From Macrostomum lignano (Eukaryota), in NCBI GenBank assembly GCA_002269645.1, contig NIVC01000578.1, positions 541,202-605,201 of the forward strand: a DNA stretch of 64,000 nucleotides, in the 5' to 3' direction. Below, piece by piece: positions 56,372-64,000 of the stretch. The stretch's first letter is position 1. Each line of letters starts with the position of its first letter. A model generated the notes under the pieces. It was not told the origin of the DNA, ran no database searches, and worked only from the letters and a program-made list of their open reading frames with translations. Both the position numbers and the translations under genes were made by a program.

Positions 56372-57424
56372 ACTGCAGGCGTGGGGCAACGGATACCAGC
56401 GGGCAGTGACACACAGTGACACACAGTGACATACAGTGACATACAGTGACATACAGTGGCATAGAGTGACGCAGTATTTTGCATGCGTACTGAGAAGATG
56501 GCAATCAGTCAGGACCGGTGCATTGTGAAGCGAATTTGATAGACTCTAGTACTTAATATATAAACTTCAATAGAATATTTTTTATCAATAGCGTCAAAGT
56601 ATATTGATAGAATAATAAATTGAGATTATTCAAAGCTGAAGATTAAGCGGCTTAGGAGCCTGTGTGTGCTTAAAAAGTTATTCAAGCTCTCTTTAGCCTA
56701 GGAGCAACTTCTGAGCCCTTGAGGGTTGTTGCCTCATCTTCATCTTTACCATGAGTGAGTTGCCAGAGCTGCGATACGAGTATGTGGTGAGTGGACTATA
56801 CTGGTTGGTGCTGGTGAAAAGTCTCAAGCGTCTCGCAGGGTGAGCTGCGAAGTTGGAGTACAACGGAATGGCGCTGGAGTGGTTTCTGTCAGTAGCTGGG
56901 CTCCCCGGATTGCGGCCGATTGTCGGCGATGCACATTTCACGCCTCCTGCACCGATATCTGTTCTCTGAGGGTTCACGTCACGTCGCTTATTTACAGGGG
57001 AAATTTCCCAGTGCAGGATTTCAGTTATAAAACTACGCAAATCGGTTAAAGCAGTTTAATTTTTCGATGATCAGTGACAATGCGCTGGCGCATGACAAGC
57101 TTTATCAAAGAGGATGCAGAATAACAAGCAACTTGGGGGGAGGGGGAGCTGCTGAGGAGCCTCAGGGGTACGACGAACTGGCCGAAACCAACTTCTTTGT
57201 TTGAAAAATTGTTAGAATTGTTGTGTCTCGTATGCGACTTTGGTTCCGCGCGGTAAAAACCGCGTCAAATACCGCGTTGATGTGTTGCACATTTCAAAGC
57301 GGAATTGAATGCGGATTCAATGCGGAATTTTCCACGAAAAACTAATCGACCGTTAACGAATACATTCTAAACAAACTTAACCGTATCTTTTTGTTTCTTC
57401 ATTGATAATTAAAATTCTTAAGCC

Positions 57425-58095
57425 AATTCAATGCGGAATTCAATGCGGGATTTCCCGCACTAAACTCAACTTGAGTTCTTAAGCCTATTCAATGCGGAAT
57501 TCAATGCGGAATTCAATGCGGAATTCAATGCGGAATTCAATGCGGAATTCAATGCGGAATTCAATGCGGAATTCAATGCGGAATTCAATGCGGAATTCAA
57601 TGCGGAATTCAATGCGGAATTCAATGCGGAATTCAATGCGGAATTCAATGCGGAATTCAATGCGGAATTCAATGCGGAATTCAATGCGGAATTCAATGCG
57701 GAATTCAATGCGGAATTCAATGCGGAATTCAATGCGGAATTCAATGCGGAATTCAATGCGAAAATCAATGCGCGATTTCCCGCACTAAACTCAACTTGAG
57801 TTCTTAAGCCTATTCAATGCGGAATTCAATGCGGAATTCAATGCGGAATTCAATGCGAAAATCAATGCGGGATTGAATGCGGAATTCAATGCGGAATTCA
57901 ATGCGGAATTCAATGCGGAATTCAATGCGAAACTCAATGCGGGATTTCCCGCACTAAACTCAACTTGAGTTCTTAAGCCTATTCAATGCGGAATTCAATG
58001 CGAAAATCAATGCGGGATTTCCCGCACTAAACTCAACTTGAGTTCTTAAGCCTATTCAATGCGGAATTCAATGCGGAATTCAATGCGGAATTCAT
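57425..58095. repeat. 12-bp satellite (GGAATTCAATGC) with a higher-order unit
   Basis: Tandem array interspersed with GGGATTTCCCGCACTAAACTCAACTTGAGTTCTTAAGCC. Confidence 0.95.
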
Positions 58096-58289
58096 TGAAT
58101 TCATTCATTGGGGAATTCATTCGGGATTTCCCGCACTAAACTCAACTGTTGGCTATTAGATGCAATGCTCTTTTTTGCTCTGGTTTCACTAAAGTTGCAA
58201 CTATTTAGTTCGTGTTAGTGTATTTCAAAGTTTTTTCATGAAGTTTGGATAAAGATAAACACTTCGGGTCGGAACGCTGAAATGCCGCA

Positions 58290-58990
58290 CTCTCTGGTGG
58301 AGAGGGCTGCTTGTGCATCTAGCGCTCCACCTAAGCTGCGATGTCATTGCGCTTCAAGAGATGTCAATGAGGGCCGACCCGGGACTTCACTGTGATTACC
58401 TAGGCGCCAGCTGGACACTCTGGTACACGTCGGCGGACCACCGAGGCCGTGGAGGAGTTGGAGCGCTGATCGGACCGAGGCTGCAGCAGGGCTGTCGCTG
58501 CACCTCCCTGTCTGACCGGCTGCTTCGGGTCGACGTCCGGCTTCGCGGCCGAAACGCTCGCCTGTTCTGCGCGTATGCGCCCCCTGCCACCCGACCTGAC
58601 AAGGCTCAAGTCTTCTTCGAGCAGCTCTCAGCCCAGGTGGAGGAGACGTCGCTGCATGACACAGTTGTCTGGCAGGAAACCAGAATGCGGTTTTGCGAGG
58701 TCCAAGCAGCCGCTGTTTGTGACACGCGCGAGAACGGCAACCGGAGCGCTGGAAGACTTCCTGGAGAGGCAGGACATGGTGTCGGCCAACGCCTGCTTCC
58801 GCAAGCCACCCGGCAGGCTCGCGACCTTCGTTGGCTGCAAGCGGAGGCGGAGGAATGCGCACGGCCGGAATGCAACGCGGAGGCAGACACAGCTCGACCA
58901 CGTGCTTGTGTGTCTTCGTGAGCGCCGCCGCGCCGTCAACTGCCGCACCATCACGCCGCTGGCTCTGCGATCCGACCACCGGCTAGTAGA
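58290..58990 (+). mobile_element. APE endonuclease fragment of the same LINE family as 35240-38060
   Basis: DVIALQE, GVGALIGPRLQQ, LLRVDVRLRGRNARLFCAYAP, LDHVLV, SDHRL. Confidence 0.85.
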
Positions 58991-60632
58991 ATGCATGAGG
59001 GGGCTTTTGGGACAAATTTTTTCACGTCCTCCATAATCCCATTAAATCCATCCATATTATCCCCGACAGAATCAGAAAAAATGGGGGTCGCACTCGCTCA
59101 CAAAACGTCCTCCATAATCCCATTAAATCCATCCATATCATCCCCGACAGAATCAGAAAAAATGGGGTCGCACTCGCTCACAAAACGTCCTCCATAATCT
59201 CATTAAAAAATTTACCGGAGGGAAATCCAAAACATTAGAATACGCGCATTTGAGCGGAACCGTCCATTGAACTCGCAAGCCAAAAAGTTGAAAGCAGGCT
59301 GACCATGACTAAGAGCCTAGCAAGAAAGCGAAAGCGAAAAAGATTTACAAATTCCTAAACACCACGACTTGCAAATTAGGACAGAACGGGACGAACCGCC
59401 GATTGGACTAGCAAGCGAAAAATTTATAAGCAGGAAGTGTTGCCACGAGTCTAGCAAGAAAGCGAATACCTAGAAAGGATGAGATTTGGAAATTATGGGA
59501 CATGCAGGACACGCGCTGGGGCAACACGGTCTGAATGGACTAGTGGTTGGTATTGGAGCTTTAGCGTAGAGGCAAACATAATTGATGCAGGCTGGGAGTG
59601 ACTACTCCCTATAGCAGATTGCATTGAACATTGAACATTGAAAGGACTTCCAGAAACTAAAAGTTCTTTGTGTGAAAGAACAGAAAAGAAACAATTGAAG
59701 CGGAAAATTCCAGCACCCGAACACGCGCGCCTTTAGCCAAAGCGTCGATCCCATATCACTATAGCGAAGCAAATGATAGGAATCTAGGAGAGAGTGGCCG
59801 CGAGCCTATAGCAAGAAAATGGAGGGGACGAGATTTGGTAACCGTGCCTGGGCAGGAAAGAAATTCATCGTCTAGTGCTGGGACTTCCTAGTGGTTTCGC
59901 CATGCAAAAACAAGCTATGGGCGTAAAAAACGCTTACTACTACTGGGTGCAGAAAGGGCTAGGCCAGGGTTGAGGCTTACGCCTCTCACAAACCCTGGCC
60001 CTGGCGCGAGACGGCGGACGGGGCGGGGTGGCAAGGAAAACTGAAAAAACCAGACAGAGTACACACGCACTGGAAGGGCGCAGCCCAACAGAATCATAAG
60101 AGAATGACTTTGAAAAAAATGATAAAAACAGGCTACTTCACTGATAGGTAAAATCTATATTAACATCAAAAGCAGAAACGGCACACTGTTAGAAAGAGTT
60201 AGATAAACATCAGCCATTGTGAAGCGTTTGCGGAGAGTCTGAGAGTCAGGGCCAGATGGGGTATGTTGAGGTCAGAGAGTAGTCACTGAACAACCTTGAA
60301 GGACCGACTAACGCGAATAATTTTACAAAACGAAAGGGAATCAGAGGTAACGCTCTGTAGTGCACTTTTAATATAAAGTTACCGAGGGTGTTCCGTCATT
60401 ATAGCCCAATACGCAACGAAAATTCCTCAACTAACATCGAATCCTCAACAGAACAGAGCAAAATGTCTTTGAACAGAACAATGAATGAAACTCAAACTTT
60501 TGGAAGGGAAGATATTGGAATAATCACTGGTGATAAAATGTACACAACATGACACCCATCAAATACAAAATCCAGATTCTAGATTCCGGATTCCAGATTG
60601 ATTTCCACTCTAGCTTGCTCTCCTTGACAGTA

Positions 60633-60998
60633 TTTTTTTATTAGAGACAGGGGGGTTGTGTGCACCCTGGCGCACTTTAGGCGACATAGGCACACAACCG
60701 GCCAGACGCATTACTGCCCATTCCGCCGACTCTCCTGAGCAGGCATACAAGCGCGCGGATACATACGCAGGCACACACTCACACAGGAGTGTACAGCGGC
60801 CCTAACTTTATTTTATCGTTAGGCATGTACACTTCACTGCGCCTTGGGGGGTTGGCTCTCAAGGCCGTTAATTGCACGAGCAGAGCCAAGCCAAGATTCC
60901 AATTCAGCCCCAAATTAATGTGACTGCACTTGAAATCGAGCCTGGGTCGCTGGCACACCAGAGCAGCTGCGCTACCGCTGGGCTCCGGCCCTCTTTCC
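60633..60998 (-). mobile_element. tRNA-derived SINE with an A-rich tail and 12-bp TSD
   Basis: Minus-strand head has an A-box-like GAGCCCAGCGGTAG and a B-box-like GGCTCGATTTC; tail [29 protein letters not shown] at 60621-60632 and 60999-61010. Empty site at about 5820-5832. Confidence 0.8.
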
Positions 60999-61525
60999 TC
61001 CTTGACAGTAAGGCTGTGTGGTAAAATAGCTGCGGGTACATGAAGTATGTGCTGCAACTGCCTTTAAAGGGATGTCCGCAGCGTAAGTGCTGGAATGGAA
61101 CCCAAAACACGGCAGCGGACCAAACCGTCTGTAAGATATCTGGCTTAGCTGGCCGGACCAGTCGACTAGAAACGCCGAGACATCCCAGTCTATCCGCCTG
61201 CTTAGTGTGGACCGACTTGGCGTTCATCTTAGCATGTTTTTAACTGAACGAATTGCAGTTCTAAGCAAAATGGGAATAAAGCTCAAAAGCTGGGTAGGAT
61301 GGCTCGGCGTTTCTAGTCAACTTGTTTGACCGGCTATTGATTCCAGTCGTTTGGTCAGATAAAAATATCTACGTGAAATATTCATAAGCATCTCTTATTT
61401 AAAAAAGTTATTAAAAAATGAATAATTCAAAGTTGTAAAACGATGGAATTTTGCAGCTGTTCAAACTCGCAGGATTACTCGGTCGTAGCACCAAAGCAAT
61501 TCTTGCTAGGAAACCAAACGCCGCG

Positions 61526-63522
61526 TCAGTTTAGAAAACGTTTGTATTTTTCTTCAAGCCATGGTGGCACGTCACCCAATACCTTAGAACTTCTTCTCCG
61601 CAACATCCTCAGCAGTTGTAGATCTTCGCACCTCTCTACAGCCACAACCAGCTCCTGTTCATCAGCATCTTCTCTTTCCGCAACATCTCGAATCCAGTCT
61701 GGGTGATCGCGTCTGTCGGCTCTCCTAGCTCCATTCGAAGAGCATGGAGCAAGGCTTCAAAGTTCATGTACTTTAAGCTGATGTAATGCTTAACAACTAG
61801 AGGAAATACATTGGCAATATTTTTATTTCTAAAAGGAAAACTCGGACGCCGATTAGTGCGAAAGCAAAGCTTCAAAACAGAGTCTTGACTCTTCAGGTGC
61901 TGCAAAACTAACTCCACAGTCGCTTCGCTGGCTGATCTTTCAGCCGGCCAATCAATGCCTCTACATACGCTGAAGCCCTTGAGACTTTTCAAAATATCCG
62001 CTGCAGCGTCTCTTTTACCCAACTGAAGGAAAATAATTGCTCTGACAGACTCTCGCGCTGATCGAGCGCAGTCTGGGAGCTTGTCAATCAAATCCATGAG
62101 AGACTCTGCATTGCCGTCCACAGCTGGCAGACGACGCATGGCTTCCAACAGCACGTCATAAATCTCATGGTACTCGCACTTTGTGGCGCTTGAAACAAGC
62201 GTGCTATGATGAGCTGGAAGTAGCGAAAGAATTAGGATTGGATTGAAATAAAATCGACCGAAGTCATTGATTGCAGACTGTCCTTGAAATAAATTAGCAG
62301 CTCAGGCAGCCTAGCGACAATGTCCTTCGCTGCACTTGATGCTTGGTGCAGTGATTCCCGCACACTGTCGGCTGAGTTTGGGTCCGCGTCTTTTAGGTAG
62401 ACAGCTGCATCGCTCAAGAAGAAGTGGTCCATAATCCGACCATCCAAATAGCCTGACCTACAGGCGTTCTCAACACTGTCAATCAAAATCTGCAGCGAAC
62501 GTCTCGTGAGATTCACCAGGTTCTCTGATTTCCACTGATCAGGTGGCGTCTCTTCTAGCATACGGAACGTGATTGTCTTTGCATGATACGTCCTGAAGCC
62601 ATTGTGGCAGATTGCCTTTTTGAGTAGCCACTTCAGAATGACAAACATTTGACCCTGTAGAGTGCTCAGATTTCGTAACAGCCGCCTCTCAAGGAAGCTG
62701 GTGCTCACTCGAAGCTGCTCACCGGCCTTACCAGGGGGAGCTGCGTGCACTATGTGACAGGGTGACGAGGCTGAAGTAACATCGCGCTGGATCGACTGCA
62801 GCACGGCTGGAAGATGTTGGACTTCGCAACTCTGTCTGGCTGCAGTGGAGCAATAGGCGGGTAGCGGCAGAGGCGATGCGCCGGCACCTCGTCCAAAGTC
62901 GGCCTCTGGTTGAACCCCAGATATGAGCGGGCTGGATTCGATGCTGAAATTTTTGGATTGTACTGCTTAGGTATGTATGCTTGTATGTATGCTTGTCTGA
63001 TTAATGCTCTATTTCAAAACAATGTAGTAGCGGAGAAAGTGACATCAGCACTCTTACCAAATCCAGAGCACAAAATGTGCCCTTGCAGTACTCTACTGTC
63101 CGCTCACTTCTGTCAGCGCACTCGCAAAAGTCTTTCAGGTGAAAGGGTTTTCCATGAGTGAGCCACATCACGTCAACGTCAGAGTCGAAGTCAGTTCTAC
63201 CATCCAGAGTGACCAGGCTGTTGCCCCAGCCTTCAGCGAAGCTACCTACGACAAAGTACTCGTCCGTATGATATCTTTTAAAAAGAATATCTTGAAGAAA
63301 ATCTGCGGTCGAACTTTGAAAAACAGCACGGGATTGCACGAAACCCGATTTAGACAGGGCTAAGTGAAGCAGCTGGCTTAGTTCCTCATCACTGTGCGTC
63401 TGTCTGTAGGATGAAAGCAGTGGTAATATATGTTTCACATGCGCTCGAAAATCGGGCGTTAAGATAAAGAATTTTAAGTCAGTAGCTCGTAGATGACATG
63501 CAGTTTGCACATCGACAAACAT
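61526..63522 (-). CDS. Mab-21/cGLR copy 2; retains an extra C-terminal region of about 130 aa but has several 1-4 nt frameshifts
   Basis: Near-identical to 3775-5327. Continues ...[14 protein letters not shown]...[13 protein letters not shown], then after a shift ...[13 protein letters not shown]. Indels near 63080, 62810, 62270 and 61720. Confidence 0.8.
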
Positions 63523-63809
63523 CTAGCGAGGGGAAAGTAACTATGGACATTCCTCGGACGGCACCTGAGCACCTGAGCGAATATGTACTCAGGCACACAC
63601 GCAGAGCTGTATATCTGCTCTCGGCATCGTCTGTATGTATATTCTGAAGCTTGAGGCGTCGGTCCACATGAGTGAAAATCGCACGAGCCTTCAGGCCAGC
63701 ACCTGAGTCCTGAACCTGCGTAATATGGCCCATGCTGCGTGATGTAACCCAAGAAGTGAGCGCGAGGGTTGGATTCATTCTCCCTCCCAGCTACCCAAAA
63801 GTGATCAAA

Positions 63810-64000
63810 TCAGCTATCGAAAATGCAGCACTTACTTTTCAACGTTTATTCCAGAGTCATCCAGTGACGTGGCAGCATGAAACAGTTCCACACACGGTCA
63901 TTCTCAAACTCTTCGGCACATCTCAGACCCTGTTTTAAATAGCTGCCTTGGATGCCATTACGAATGCAGAACTCGATAATTAACTTGACAGTCTGATAGT
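63810..64000 (-). CDS. 3' end of the second ankyrin-repeat exon (continues beyond the window)
   Basis: Reverse complement of about 3212-3400, with the same AA|GTAAGT donor. Confidence 0.8.

Larger units (their letters stand above)
57219..60090. mobile_element. Solo-LTR-like insertion (TGTTG...CAACA, 4-bp TSD GAAT) with nested repeats
   Basis: Absent from the left-arm paralog (about 6420-6428). TSD at 57215-57218 and 60091-60094. Confidence 0.65.
56740..64000 (-). repeat. Right arm of the inverted segmental duplication, with extra insertions
   Basis: See the left arm (3212-6960); extends beyond the window end. Confidence 0.95.

Overview
Eukaryotic (animal) genomic DNA with GT-AG introns, GC3-rich exons and many minisatellites. 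The style suggests the flatworm Macrostomum, but that is an inference. A unique core holds four conserved genes: Olig bHLH (+), RPL27A (-), EIF2A (-) and SLC38A9 (+). Oppositely oriented paralogs flank this core: an ankyrin plus Mab-21/cGAS-like (cGLR) locus at 2.3-7 kb has an inverted copy at 56.7-64 kb, and an S10 serine carboxypeptidase at 8.9-10.6 kb (-) has two paralogs at 41.3-45.2 kb (+). The three carboxypeptidases are nearly identical in DNA for exactly the first 621 coding nt, then diverge abruptly. An AT-rich, CpG-depleted block (about 22.2-28.7 kb) carries hAT-type elements with 8-bp TSDs that contain 28S rDNA fragments from the R2/R1 target region. Other mobile DNA: a decayed APE-RT LINE, a Gypsy pol fragment, a TA-flanked foldback element, a tRNA-derived SINE and a TG..CA solo-LTR-like insertion; the last three have matching empty sites in the window. 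Many 1-nt indels in homopolymers suggest long-read assembly error, so pseudogene calls are tentative. Identities and GC content are by-eye estimates.
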